Below are positions 1 through 8,817 of a stretch of DNA of 36,231 nt, piece by piece; position 1 is the stretch's first letter, and every line of letters starts with the position of its first letter. Source of the DNA: Chthoniobacterales bacterium (lineage in GTDB: Bacteria > Verrucomicrobiota > Verrucomicrobiia > Chthoniobacterales > JAFAMB01); the NCBI GenBank assembly GCA_036491515.1, contig DASXBV010000064.1, positions 1 through 36,231 of the forward strand, given 5' to 3'. Below the pieces are notes generated by a model. That model saw only the letters and a program-made list of their open reading frames with translations. It was not told where the DNA came from and made no database searches. A program made the translations under genes and the position numbers.

Positions 1-38
1 CGCCCTACCCACAGACCGAAAAGCCGCCGTCTCATTCC

Positions 39-70
39 GCAACTCCTGAACTCCTGCAACTCCTGACTCC
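39..70. repeat. Tandem octamer repeat (aactcctg x3), probably one arm of a hairpin whose partner lies left of the window
   Basis: Read directly: aactcctg at 41-48, 49-56 and 58-65. The 12-mer ctgcaactcctg (54-65) recurs at 3494-3505, where it forms the outer arm of the GH4/argB hairpin. Confidence 0.7.
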
Positions 71-90
71 CGTCTTCTCGCTGGAAGCCT

Positions 91-1041
91 ATGCTACATT
101 GCCTCCGGACTCTCCGAATGACCTCTGTCCCTCCGTCCGGAAACAGCTCACTCAGACTTTTGCAAAGTCTGGGCCGGAGGAGCTTCGGTTACTGGCTCAT
201 TTTTCCCGCCCTCCTTGTTATCCTCGGATTGAACCTTTACCCGACGATTCAGGGAATCCTGACCTCGTTTACCAATCAGTCCCTGATCGATCCCGGTCAT
301 TCCGTTTTCATTGGACTCGAAAATTATTTCAAACTCCTGAACGACCCGGTCTTCCGGGTATCGCTGCTGCATTCTCTGGAGCTGACTTTTTTTGCGGTTG
401 CGCTCCAGGTGCTTCTCGGTCTGATACTGGCTCACCTCCTGATCCAGAAAGTCCCGGGCATCCATTTTTTTCGGAGCGTCGCTATGATCACGTGGGTGCT
501 CCCGATCATTGCTTCGGTCGTCATGTTCCGGTTTATGACTCTGCCGAACTATGGGCTGATCAACATCGTTTTGAAGGAGGTGGGACTGGGTCAGCTTGCC
601 CGGAACTGGTTTGGCGACGAGCAGTACGCGTTTCTTCTCGTGCTCATCATGCACCTGTGGCGGAACGTGCCGTTTTACGCAATTGCTTTCATGGCCGCAA
701 TGCAGGCGATCCCTGCGGACCTGTACGAAGCCGCACGGATCGACGGAGCAGGTGATTGGCGGCAATTCTGGTTCGTTACACTTCCTAATCTGAGATATAT
801 CATCCTGGTGATGGTCGTCCTGCATGTGACCTTCACCTTCAACAATTTCGACTTTGTTTTTCTTTCAACCGGTGGAGGGCCGGTAAACGCCACGGAAGTG
901 TTGCCCACTTACATTTACAAGCAGGCCTGGAACGGATATGCGCTGGGATTTGCCAGCGCCGGTGGCGTGATCATGCTGGTGATCCTTGTTATCCTAGTGC
1001 TGATCTGCAACAAGTTCATTAAAGGCTTGTCAGAACAATGA
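91..1041 (+). CDS. Carbohydrate ABC transporter permease (MalF/UgpA-like)
   Basis: 316-aa ORF with multiple hydrophobic spans and the EAA-type loop AARIDGAGDWRQFWFVTLP typical of binding-protein-dependent sugar permeases. An alternative start at the ATG at 118 is possible. The stop overlaps the next gene (ATGA at 1038-1041). Confidence 0.85.
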   Translation: MLHCLRTLRMTSVPPSGNSSLRLLQSLGRRSFGYWLIFPALLVILGLNLYPTIQGILTSFTNQSLIDPGHSVFIGLENYFKLLNDPVFRVSLLHSLELTFFAVALQVLLGLILAHLLIQKVPGIHFFRSVAMITWVLPIIASVVMFRFMTLPNYGLINIVLKEVGLGQLARNWFGDEQYAFLLVLIMHLWRNVPFYAIAFMAAMQAIPADLYEAARIDGAGDWRQFWFVTLPNLRYIILVMVVLHVTFTFNNFDFVFLSTGGGPVNATEVLPTYIYKQAWNGYALGFASAGGVIMLVILVILVLICNKFIKGLSEQ

Positions 1042-1871
1042 AAGGCGCATTTCCAATCCGCCGGATCGTCACCTACTGCGGGCTCTCAATCTTTTATGTG
1101 TTCCTGCTGCTGCCGATCGCGTGGCTCGTTCTCTCAAGCTTCCGCAACAGTGATTCGGTTCAATCGGGACGTTTGATCCCCGCGTGGTCGGAACTCACAT
1201 TCCAAAATTACATCCAAACCTTTCAGATCAGCAACTTTGTCACCTACCTGGTGAATTCCTTCGTTATCGCATTCAGTGTCATGGTGCTGACCGTTTTCCT
1301 GGGCAGCCTCGGGGCCTACGCCTTGAGCCGTTTTGCCCTGAAGGGCAAAAAGCTCTTTATGATGGCCGCTCTTCTGCCGCAATTCTTTCCTTACGTCCTG
1401 GTCCTGATCCCGTTTTATGTTCTCATGTCGAACTTGAACCTGGTAGACACTCATATCGGCCTGATCCTGACGCACACTTCGCTCACGCTCCCATTTGCCC
1501 TTTGGATGTTGACCGGCTACTTCAACGCTATTCCGAAGGAACTTGATCAAGCAGCGCTGATCGACGGATGCTCGCGCTTCGGTGTGCTGTTTCGCATCCT
1601 TTACCCGGTCGCGGTTCCGGGCTTGGTGGTCGCCGGGTTCTTTGCTTTTGTGGTTTCGTGGGGCGATTATCTGTTCGTTTCGATATTGTCGCAGAGCAAC
1701 CAGACCCAGACGCTGCCGATTGGTTTGCAAACGTTTATGAGCAGTCTGGAGGTCCAATGGGGATTGATCACCGCAGGAACAGTCCTGGCCATTGTACCCA
1801 CGGTGATTTTCTTTTCGATCGTGCAACGCCGATTGGTTTCCGGGCTCACCGCGGGTGCTGTTAAGAGTTAG
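1038..1871 (+). CDS. Carbohydrate ABC transporter permease (MalG/UgpE-like)
   Basis: 277-aa ORF with the EAA loop QAALIDGCSRFGVLFRILYP and the C-terminal VSGLTAGAVKS tail typical of MalG-type permeases. It has a 4-nt overlap with the upstream permease. Confidence 0.88.
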   Translation: MKGAFPIRRIVTYCGLSIFYVFLLLPIAWLVLSSFRNSDSVQSGRLIPAWSELTFQNYIQTFQISNFVTYLVNSFVIAFSVMVLTVFLGSLGAYALSRFALKGKKLFMMAALLPQFFPYVLVLIPFYVLMSNLNLVDTHIGLILTHTSLTLPFALWMLTGYFNAIPKELDQAALIDGCSRFGVLFRILYPVAVPGLVVAGFFAFVVSWGDYLFVSILSQSNQTQTLPIGLQTFMSSLEVQWGLITAGTVLAIVPTVIFFSIVQRRLVSGLTAGAVKS

Positions 1872-1888
1872 ATTACTTTTATTTACTT

Positions 1889-1963
1889 GGAGGGGCGCTG
1901 CTTGCAGCGCCTGAGGCGTCTGAGACGCCTCTTGCCTCTGGGAGCCGCAAGCGACTCCCCTCC
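1889..1963. other. 75-nt multi-stem (cloverleaf-like) structured element between the permease and GH4 genes; not a tRNA
   Basis: Outer stem ggagggg (1889-1895) pairs with cccctcc (1957-1963). It encloses three hairpins: gcgctgc/gcagcgc (1895-1910), gaggcgtc-tga-gacgcctc (1913-1931) and ttgc/gcaa (1932-1950). Confidence 0.5.
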
Positions 1964-2055
1964 ATTGCAAAGGGACAGAAAATCTAGAGAAGGGCGGATT
2001 GATTTGAAGCGGAGTTCTCCGATGCTATCTGGCTCGTATCTAAATCAAAATAGCT

Positions 2056-3378
2056 ATGCCGAAGATTACCCTTATTGGTGCTGGCAGTCTCGTATTCACC
2101 CGAAATCTTTGCAGCGATATCTTGCTGGCAGCAAGTCTGCGGGACTGCACGATCAGCCTGATGGATATCGATCCAAAACGCCTGGAACAGAGCCGCCAGA
2201 TTGTCCAATCAATCGCCGACCGGAGAAAGCTGCCCGCAAAAATCGAAGCAACCACAGATCGGAAGATCGCCATCCGGGATGCCGATTATGTGATCACCAC
2301 GTTTCAACAAGGCGGACTGGACGCCTACAAACTGGACATCGAGATACCGCAGAAATACAGCGTGGAACAATGTGTCGGTGATACACTTGGTCCGGGCGGC
2401 GTATTTCGAGCGCTCCGGACGATCCCGGTCCTCACCGATCTTTGCCATGAATTGGACGATTTTGCGCCAGACGCTTTGCTCTTGAATTACGTTAACCCGA
2501 TGGCAGCAAACTGCTGGGCGATCGAGGCCGCTACCGGTCGGCCCCATGTCGGACTTTGTCATAGTGTGCAAGGAACCAGCGAGCTGATCGCGAAATGGAT
2601 CGATGTCCCGTACAACGAAGTCACCTTTTTCTGTGCCGGGATCAACCATCAAGCCTTCTTCCTCGAGTTCTGGCGCGGCAAAGAAGATCTCTACCCGTTG
2701 ATCTGGGAAGCGATTGAGCGTCCGGAGATTTACGGCCAGGAGCCGGTCCGCATCGAACTCATGAAGCATTTCGGTTTCTTTGTGACCGAGTCCAGCGGTC
2801 ATGCCAGCGAGTATGTCCCATACTTCCGAAAGAGCGCAAAGATGGTGAATGAGGAATTGGTTCCGAAATTCGCCGATAAGGTTAATTACTGGTTAGACTT
2901 CGGACGAACTGGCGGCTATTTACGGCATTGCCTGAATCGGATTCACAAGTTCGAGCGCGAATTCGAGGAAATTCTCGCGGAGGAACCGGCAACAACTCGA
3001 AGTCATGAATACGGTTCTTACATAATTGAGGCAGTGGAATCGGACAACGCCATCTGCGCTAACGGAAACGTCCCAAATACAGCGCTCATTGATAATTTAC
3101 CTCAAGGCTGCTGCGTCGAGGTCCCCTGTCTGGTGGACGGGAACGGCATCCAACCAACGAAGGTCGGCTCCCTTCCCTCACAACTGGCTGCGCTAAACCG
3201 GACGAACATCAACGTACAGGAGTTAGTCGTCGAAGCGGCGCTGAGCGGCGGCACCGAAGCTGTCTATCACGCTGTCATGCTGGATCCGCTGACGGCCGCG
3301 GTTTGCACGCTGCCCCAAATCAGGAGCATGGTGGACGAAATGCTGGAAGCGCAAAAACAGTGGCTGCCGCAGTTCTAA
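2056..3378 (+). CDS. Glycoside hydrolase family 4 (NAD/metal-dependent alpha-galactosidase or alpha-glucosidase, MelA/AglA-like)
   Basis: 440 aa. N-terminal Rossmann segment MPKITLIGAGSLVF, NYVNPMA and the VGLCHSVQG Cys-His motif characteristic of GH4. Sits downstream of the sugar permeases. Confidence 0.85.
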   Translation: MPKITLIGAGSLVFTRNLCSDILLAASLRDCTISLMDIDPKRLEQSRQIVQSIADRRKLPAKIEATTDRKIAIRDADYVITTFQQGGLDAYKLDIEIPQKYSVEQCVGDTLGPGGVFRALRTIPVLTDLCHELDDFAPDALLLNYVNPMAANCWAIEAATGRPHVGLCHSVQGTSELIAKWIDVPYNEVTFFCAGINHQAFFLEFWRGKEDLYPLIWEAIERPEIYGQEPVRIELMKHFGFFVTESSGHASEYVPYFRKSAKMVNEELVPKFADKVNYWLDFGRTGGYLRHCLNRIHKFEREFEEILAEEPATTRSHEYGSYIIEAVESDNAICANGNVPNTALIDNLPQGCCVEVPCLVDGNGIQPTKVGSLPSQLAALNRTNINVQELVVEAALSGGTEAVYHAVMLDPLTAAVCTLPQIRSMVDEMLEAQKQWLPQF

Positions 3379-3379
3379 A

Positions 3380-3505
3380 GCAGGAGTCCAGGGGGAAAGT
3401 AAGAAGTAAAAAGGCAAAAGGCAAAAATAAAACGCGCGGCGCCGCTTTCACTTTTGCCTTTTTACTTTTGCCTTTTTACTTCTTACTTTCCCCCTGCAAC
3501 TCCTG
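3380..3505. terminator. Long hairpin filling the convergent GH4/argB spacer (likely bidirectional terminator)
   Basis: Perfect 25-bp pairing of 3391-3415 (gggggaaagtaagaagtaaaaaggc) with 3470-3494. Outer 7-bp pairing of caggagt (3381-3387) with actcctg (3499-3505). Tip palindrome gcggcgccgc at 3435-3444. The right arm carries a perfect 14-nt tandem duplication, cttttgccttttta, at 3451-3464 and 3465-3478. Confidence 0.7.
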
Positions 3506-3511
3506 TCTTCC

Positions 3512-4387
3512 TTACGGTACAATCTCCGTACCGATGCCGCGCGCGGTAAAGACTTCGATAAGCAGCGCGTGCGGAATGCGGCCGTCGATCAGGTGCACTT
3601 TCCCGACACCTTCATTGAGCGCATCGACAGCCGAAAGAACCTTGGGAATCATTCCTCCCTCGATAATTTCGTCATCAATCAATTCGGCGACGTTTTCTCG
3701 ATTAACGGTAGGAATCAGCGAGTTCACATCTTTTACGTCTCGCATGACGCCCAAAACGTCACTCACATAGATCATCTTCGCAGCTTTCAATGCACCGGCC
3801 ATCGCACCCGCCGCCACATCTGCATTGACATTGAGGATTGTCCCATCTTCAGCTTGAGCAATCGGAGAAATCACCGGCACGACTTCCCGATCAATCGCCT
3901 CGCTCACACCCGAGAGCTCCAGAGAAGTAACTTCGCCCACAAATCCAATATCGACCAGATTCTTTCCGTCGATCTGTGGTGGAAGACGTTTGGCTTTGAA
4001 AACGTCGCGGCCGGAAAATCCTTCCGCGCGTCCACTAAATTCGTGCATCGCGCCGACAATCCGGGGGCGGATCACCGTATCCAGGACCTCTTCCACAATC
4101 TTGATGGTCAACTGATCGGTGACCCGGAGTCCGTTGACGAAGCGCGGGGTCTTTCCGGCCTCGCGCATACGTTGGGTAATTGCCTTGCCGCCGCCATGGA
4201 CCAGTACTGGATTAATACCGACTGCTTCAAGGAAGACGACATCACGCAGCAGACGCTCAATCAAGTGATCGTCCTCCATCGCGCTGCCACCATATTTGAT
4301 GACAAACGTCTGGCCGCGGAATTTTTGGATAAAGGGAAGCGCTTCCAAAAGGGCCTCCGCCTTCCCGACCTCGGATTGGTTCTGCAT
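3512..4387 (-). CDS. argB: Acetylglutamate kinase
   Basis: 291 aa with FVIKYGGSAM and PVLVHGGG motifs of the AAK family. Lies downstream of argJ and argC. Confidence 0.93.
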   Translation of the reverse strand: MQNQSEVGKAEALLEALPFIQKFRGQTFVIKYGGSAMEDDHLIERLLRDVVFLEAVGINPVLVHGGGKAITQRMREAGKTPRFVNGLRVTDQLTIKIVEEVLDTVIRPRIVGAMHEFSGRAEGFSGRDVFKAKRLPPQIDGKNLVDIGFVGEVTSLELSGVSEAIDREVVPVISPIAQAEDGTILNVNADVAAGAMAGALKAAKMIYVSDVLGVMRDVKDVNSLIPTVNRENVAELIDDEIIEGGMIPKVLSAVDALNEGVGKVHLIDGRIPHALLIEVFTARGIGTEIVP

Positions 4388-4411
4388 TCGTTTTTTTTCT
4401 CTCTCTCCGGA

Positions 4412-5647
4412 CTATTCGCCCATATTAAACCTTACGTACTCCGGGGTTAAATCGGTGGTAAATACCTTGTATTCCGCCGACCCCAGGTGAAGGTCAATTG
4501 TAACCGTAAACTTTTTGTTTCCGAGAACTTCTTTGAGCGTCTCCTGCGGAGTACTGCTGGCAATTCCATGCTGGACGGCAACCGCTCCATTAAAAAATAT
4601 GTCGATCATCTCTTCCTGCACTTTAGCCGATGAATATCCGACCGCATCCATGATCCGGCCCCAGTTCGGATCCTCGCCGTACCATGCGCATTTTACCAGC
4701 ACCGAGTTGGCGACCGCTTCTGCAGCCTTTCTGGCATCCTGATAGGTGGCGGCGCCCTTCACATGAACTTCGACAAATTTTGTCACGCCCTCGCCATCCT
4801 CGACTATCATACGCGCCAACTGCCGGGTCACAAAGTTGAGACCTTCGGCGAACGTCCCGTACGCTTCGTGATCCGTCTCAATTGGCGGGATTCCCGCCTG
4901 TCCATTCGCCAAGCAGATAGCGGTATCGTTCGTACTCATATCGCCATCAACCGTGATACAATTGAACGACTGCTCCACGCTAGCGGAAGTCAGCCTTTGT
5001 AAGTCTCTTTTGGAAATCGGGGCATCAGTCGTGATGAAGCAAAGCATTGTCGCCATGTCGGGATTGATCATTCCTGCCCCCTTCGCGATCCCACCGATTC
5101 GAACTCTTTTGCCTGCCAGCGGCAGTTCCACGGCGATTTCTTTCTGAAAGGTATCGGAGGTCATGATCGCTTTAGCCATGACGTAACTCCCATTCCCGCT
5201 CAATCCCGCCACTAATGCGGGCATGGACTCCTCGATTTTTTCGATCGGCAAATCCCGCCCAATTCGGCCCGTTGAGCAGACCAGGATCTGTCGCTCCTTC
5301 AGACCCAGCTGGCGGGCCACCGCCTGGGTCATTCTCCTGGCATTCTGGATGCCGGTCGAACCCGTGCAAGCATTCGCGTTTCCGCTGTTTGCGATAATTG
5401 CCCTCGTATCGCCAGCCCGCAGACGGGCGGCAGAGACGCGAACCGGCGCAGCCTTGATCTTGTTTGAAGTGAATGTGGCCGCGGCTACGGCCGGGAAGTC
5501 CGAAATGACTAATCCAAGGTCACACTTCTCGGGCGGTCCCTCCGTGATCCCGCACCGAACAGCGGCAGCACGGAATCCGCTTGGCGCAGTAATCCCTCCA
5601 CCGATCTCAAAAAACGTTGGTTCCATGAGCGGCCTCATCTGATACAA
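4412..5647 (-). CDS. argJ: Bifunctional ornithine acetyltransferase / N-acetylglutamate synthase
   Basis: 411 aa with the autoprocessing-site context INPDMATMLCFITTDA diagnostic of ArgJ. Confidence 0.93.
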   Translation of the reverse strand: MYQMRPLMEPTFFEIGGGITAPSGFRAAAVRCGITEGPPEKCDLGLVISDFPAVAAATFTSNKIKAAPVRVSAARLRAGDTRAIIANSGNANACTGSTGIQNARRMTQAVARQLGLKERQILVCSTGRIGRDLPIEKIEESMPALVAGLSGNGSYVMAKAIMTSDTFQKEIAVELPLAGKRVRIGGIAKGAGMINPDMATMLCFITTDAPISKRDLQRLTSASVEQSFNCITVDGDMSTNDTAICLANGQAGIPPIETDHEAYGTFAEGLNFVTRQLARMIVEDGEGVTKFVEVHVKGAATYQDARKAAEAVANSVLVKCAWYGEDPNWGRIMDAVGYSSAKVQEEMIDIFFNGAVAVQHGIASSTPQETLKEVLGNKKFTVTIDLHLGSAEYKVFTTDLTPEYVRFNMGE

Positions 5648-5677
5648 CAGGACGAGACTTCTGCCGAGCTATTTTCA

Positions 5678-6721
5678 CTATGATCCAAGTCCAATTCCCT
5701 CGTCCCAGGCGTTCATGATGTTGAAACACTGGATCGCCTGACCCGCCGCCCCCTTGACAAGGTTATCGATCGCCGACATCAGGATGACCCGGCCGGTTCT
5801 CGAGTCGATCCGCCAGGCGATTTGCGCCCCGTTCGTAAAAGCGACGTTCTTGATGTCGGGGTACCGACTTGAACCCAACAATCGGATGAACCGATCGGAG
5901 CGATAAGCCGTCTCGTACACTGCTTGCAGGGAGTCGACATTTAGCTCGATCACCGGATCTGCATGAATGGTTGTAATAATTCCGCGATTGAGCGGGATCA
6001 AATGCGGCGCGAATTGAATGAGCACTTTTTCTTCGGCGGCATTCGCGATCTCCTGTTCAATCTCAGATAAGTGGCGATGGAAGGGCAAACCATAGGGCCG
6101 AGCGCTCTCGTGGCACTCGACAAAGAGCAAATCCGCGTCTGCCTTCCTGCCGGCGCCACTTACGCCGCTAAGACTGTTCACAATGATACTCGACAAGCGA
6201 ATCATCTTCGCACGTACCACCGGAAGCAGCGGTAGTAGAATGCTGGTCGGATAACAACCTGGGCACGCCACCAACTCAGCGCCCCGAATCTCATCGCGAT
6301 ATACCTCTGGAAGCCCGTAAACGGATTTCTTTAATAGCTCCGGAGCCCTGTGCTCGTGCTTGTAGAACCGCTTGTACACTTCCGCATCCTTCACTCGAAA
6401 ATCCGCGCTGAGATCGATAACTTTGATGCCTCGCTCCAACAACGGGACCGCAAACTCGAAGGCAACACCATGCGGAAGCGCAAGAAAGGCGAAGTCGATG
6501 GCCAGGGTATGCAGGGATGCTGCGTCGGGCTCGATGAATTCGAGATTCCTCAACGGAGACTGATTACCTACCCAGGCAAATACCTCGGACGCCTTCTTAC
6601 CGGCGTATTGTCGAGAAGTGAGACAGCCTAGCTCGACCAAAGGATGTTCGGCGAGACGCTTAACAAGCTCTTCACCGGAATAACCGCTCGCCCCAAAAAT
6701 CGCGATTTTCGCTTTGTTCAT
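5678..6721 (-). CDS. argC: N-acetyl-gamma-glutamyl-phosphate reductase
   Basis: 347 aa with N-terminal IFGASGYSGEEL and the catalytic-Cys context ACPGCYPTS. Confidence 0.93.
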   Translation of the reverse strand: MNKAKIAIFGASGYSGEELVKRLAEHPLVELGCLTSRQYAGKKASEVFAWVGNQSPLRNLEFIEPDAASLHTLAIDFAFLALPHGVAFEFAVPLLERGIKVIDLSADFRVKDAEVYKRFYKHEHRAPELLKKSVYGLPEVYRDEIRGAELVACPGCYPTSILLPLLPVVRAKMIRLSSIIVNSLSGVSGAGRKADADLLFVECHESARPYGLPFHRHLSEIEQEIANAAEEKVLIQFAPHLIPLNRGIITTIHADPVIELNVDSLQAVYETAYRSDRFIRLLGSSRYPDIKNVAFTNGAQIAWRIDSRTGRVILMSAIDNLVKGAAGQAIQCFNIMNAWDEGIGLGS

Positions 6722-6753
6722 GAATTTGTTCCAGATTCTTCGCTAGTATAATT

Positions 6754-6852
6754 AGTTTTGGGTTTTGAGTCTTGCGTTTTGCGTTTTGAGTTTTGGCGGT
6801 AGGATCGCGCTCTCGCGCGACCCTACCGACCGAAAACCCAAAACTCAAAACT
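6754..6852. repeat. Long imperfect hairpin with gttttg(a/g)g-type repeat arms in the divergent argC/thrS spacer
   Basis: Core cggtagg-a-tcgcgc-tctc-gcgcga-c-cctaccg at 6797-6828. It is flanked by gttttgagttttgg (6783-6796) pairing with ccaaaactcaaaac (6837-6850). The left side holds further gttttg-type repeats at 6755-6790. Confidence 0.7.
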
Positions 6853-6895
6853 GGATATTCGGTGCGGCAGGTGTATTTTCGAGCCCTTTCAAACC

Positions 6896-8773
6896 ATGCC
6901 AGACAATCGGAAAACGGCCGAAGAACGAAACCAGATGACCGACATCGACCGAATTCGGCACTCGTGCGCCCACGTGCTTGCGGCTGCCATTCTCCGGATC
7001 TGGCCAGAAGCACAGTTCGCAGCCGGCCCACCGGTCGAGAATGGTTTCTATTACGATTTCGAAATGGATCATCACATTTCGACCAACGACTTCGACATGA
7101 TCGAGGCCGAGATGAAGAAGATCATCAAGGAGAATCAACCATTCGAGCGAATCGTCGTTTCTCGTGAAGAAGCGGTCCGATTAGCAAACGAAGGGCGTTT
7201 GGGCGCGCTTGGGCCAAGACCAAGGCCGAGCAAGTTTAAGCTCGATATTATTCGAGGGATACCCGACGAGGAACAGATCTCATTGTATCGCAACGGAGAC
7301 TTCACTGACCTCTGCGCAGGTCCTCACGTGATGCGGACAGGTAACATCGGCGCATTTAAACTCACTTCGATCGCGAGCGCCTATTACAAAAGGGATGCGA
7401 GCAATCCGCAACTGCAACGCGTGTATGGCACGGCATTTAAAACGCGCGCCGACCTAGACCACTACTTTGCGCAACTCGAAGAGGCCAAAAAACGAGACCA
7501 TCGTAAGCTGGGTCGTGAACTTGAGTTGTTTCATATCGACGAAGAGGTCGGACTCGGATTGGTGCTCTGGAAACCGAAAGGCGCAATCGTCCGAAAGGAA
7601 CTTCAGGCCTTTATTTCCGAAGAGTTGCGGCGACAAGGGTATGACGAAGTCTTTACACCACACATTGGGAAACTGGCTCTCTATCGTACTTCGGGCCATT
7701 ATCCCTATTACAGTGACTCGCAGTTTCCACCGCTCATAGAACCGGAAACTTTGGCCAGATTTGCTGAAGAGGGCTGCTCTTGCGCGGAACTTTCGAATCG
7801 GCTCAAGAAAGGCGAAATTGAAGGCTACTTGCTGAAGCCGATGAATTGCCCAATGCACATTAAAATTTATGCGTCGGGCCAACATTCGTATAGAGACCTC
7901 CCAGTCCGATTGGCAGAGTTCGGTACCGTTTATCGCTGGGAACAATCGGGCGAACTCGGCGGCATGACCAGAGTGCGGGGCTTTACGCAGGATGACGCTC
8001 ACATCTTTTGCACCGAAGGACAGGTACTCGGGGAAATCCAGGGCTGCCTTCACCTGGTTCTGAAAATCTTAAATACATTGGGCATGAATTCCTACCGCGT
8101 CCGCGTAGGACTTCGCGACGCCGATTCGTCAAAATACGTCGGAACATCTGATCAATGGGATCGCGCAGAGGATGCCCTTCGCGAGAGTGCTAAAACCCTT
8201 GGCGTGCCTTTCTCCGAGGAGCCTGGCGAAGCGGCATTCTACGGTCCAAAGATTGATTTTGTCGTCAAAGACGTGATTGGCCGGGAATGGCAGCTTGGGA
8301 CCGTTCAAGTTGACTACAATTTGCCAGAACGGTTTGGGCTTACTTATATAGCGCCAGACAATTCGGCACGCCGGCCCGTAATGATCCATCGGGCGCCATT
8401 CGGTTCTCTCGAACGTTTCTGCGGCGTTTTGATCGAGCACTTTGCAGGAAGCTTTCCTACCTGGTTGGCTCCGGAACAGGTGCGCGTCCTTCCCATCTCC
8501 GAAAAGCATCTTGAATACGGAAGGTCCATCACCCGGCGCCTATTGGATGGGAATATCAGGGCTTCAATCGACGAAAGTTCCGACAAAATCGGCGCTAAAA
8601 TTCGCCTTGCCCAGCTAGAGAAGGTCCCATATATGTTGGTGCTCGGCGCACGAGAAGAGCAAGCCGGCGAAGTTGCCGTGCGCAGCCGCAAGAACGGTGA
8701 TGAGGGAGCCGTTGGTGCGTCTGACTTTGTAGAACGAATTCAAATGGAAATCAGAGAACGTCAACGTGATTGA
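6896..8773 (+). CDS. thrS: Threonine--tRNA ligase (lacks the N-terminal TGS domain)
   Basis: 625 aa. Editing-domain HSCAH at residues 22-26, zinc-site PMNCPMH, class II motifs RVRGFTQDDAHIF and HRAPFGSLERF, and an anticodon-binding C-terminus. Confidence 0.95.
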   Translation: MPDNRKTAEERNQMTDIDRIRHSCAHVLAAAILRIWPEAQFAAGPPVENGFYYDFEMDHHISTNDFDMIEAEMKKIIKENQPFERIVVSREEAVRLANEGRLGALGPRPRPSKFKLDIIRGIPDEEQISLYRNGDFTDLCAGPHVMRTGNIGAFKLTSIASAYYKRDASNPQLQRVYGTAFKTRADLDHYFAQLEEAKKRDHRKLGRELELFHIDEEVGLGLVLWKPKGAIVRKELQAFISEELRRQGYDEVFTPHIGKLALYRTSGHYPYYSDSQFPPLIEPETLARFAEEGCSCAELSNRLKKGEIEGYLLKPMNCPMHIKIYASGQHSYRDLPVRLAEFGTVYRWEQSGELGGMTRVRGFTQDDAHIFCTEGQVLGEIQGCLHLVLKILNTLGMNSYRVRVGLRDADSSKYVGTSDQWDRAEDALRESAKTLGVPFSEEPGEAAFYGPKIDFVVKDVIGREWQLGTVQVDYNLPERFGLTYIAPDNSARRPVMIHRAPFGSLERFCGVLIEHFAGSFPTWLAPEQVRVLPISEKHLEYGRSITRRLLDGNIRASIDESSDKIGAKIRLAQLEKVPYMLVLGAREEQAGEVAVRSRKNGDEGAVGASDFVERIQMEIRERQRD

Positions 8774-8817
8774 GTGCACCGTTCGGCGCCCCGGCCGCAC
8801 TCTGAGGAGATAGTTTT

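Noticed and set aside
1889-1963. Possible tRNA gene (75 nt, 7-bp closing stem, three internal hairpins)
   Set aside because: The internal stems are 7-8 bp with 2-3 nt loops. There is no 7-nt anticodon loop, no T-loop GTTCRA-like sequence and no D-loop, so the geometry is incompatible with a tRNA.
99-1970. Overlapping alternative-frame and antisense ORFs over the permease genes (99..755, 148..825, 1134..1970, 1184..1546 and others). The same applies to similar shadow ORFs throughout the track, e.g. 3569..4450, 5223..5642, 13254..13841, 15300..15743, 16197..16871 and 21572..22099.
   Set aside because: They lie entirely within well-supported genes in another frame or strand. They have R/S/P/G-rich low-information composition typical of off-frame translation of GC-rich coding DNA, and they show no recognisable motifs.
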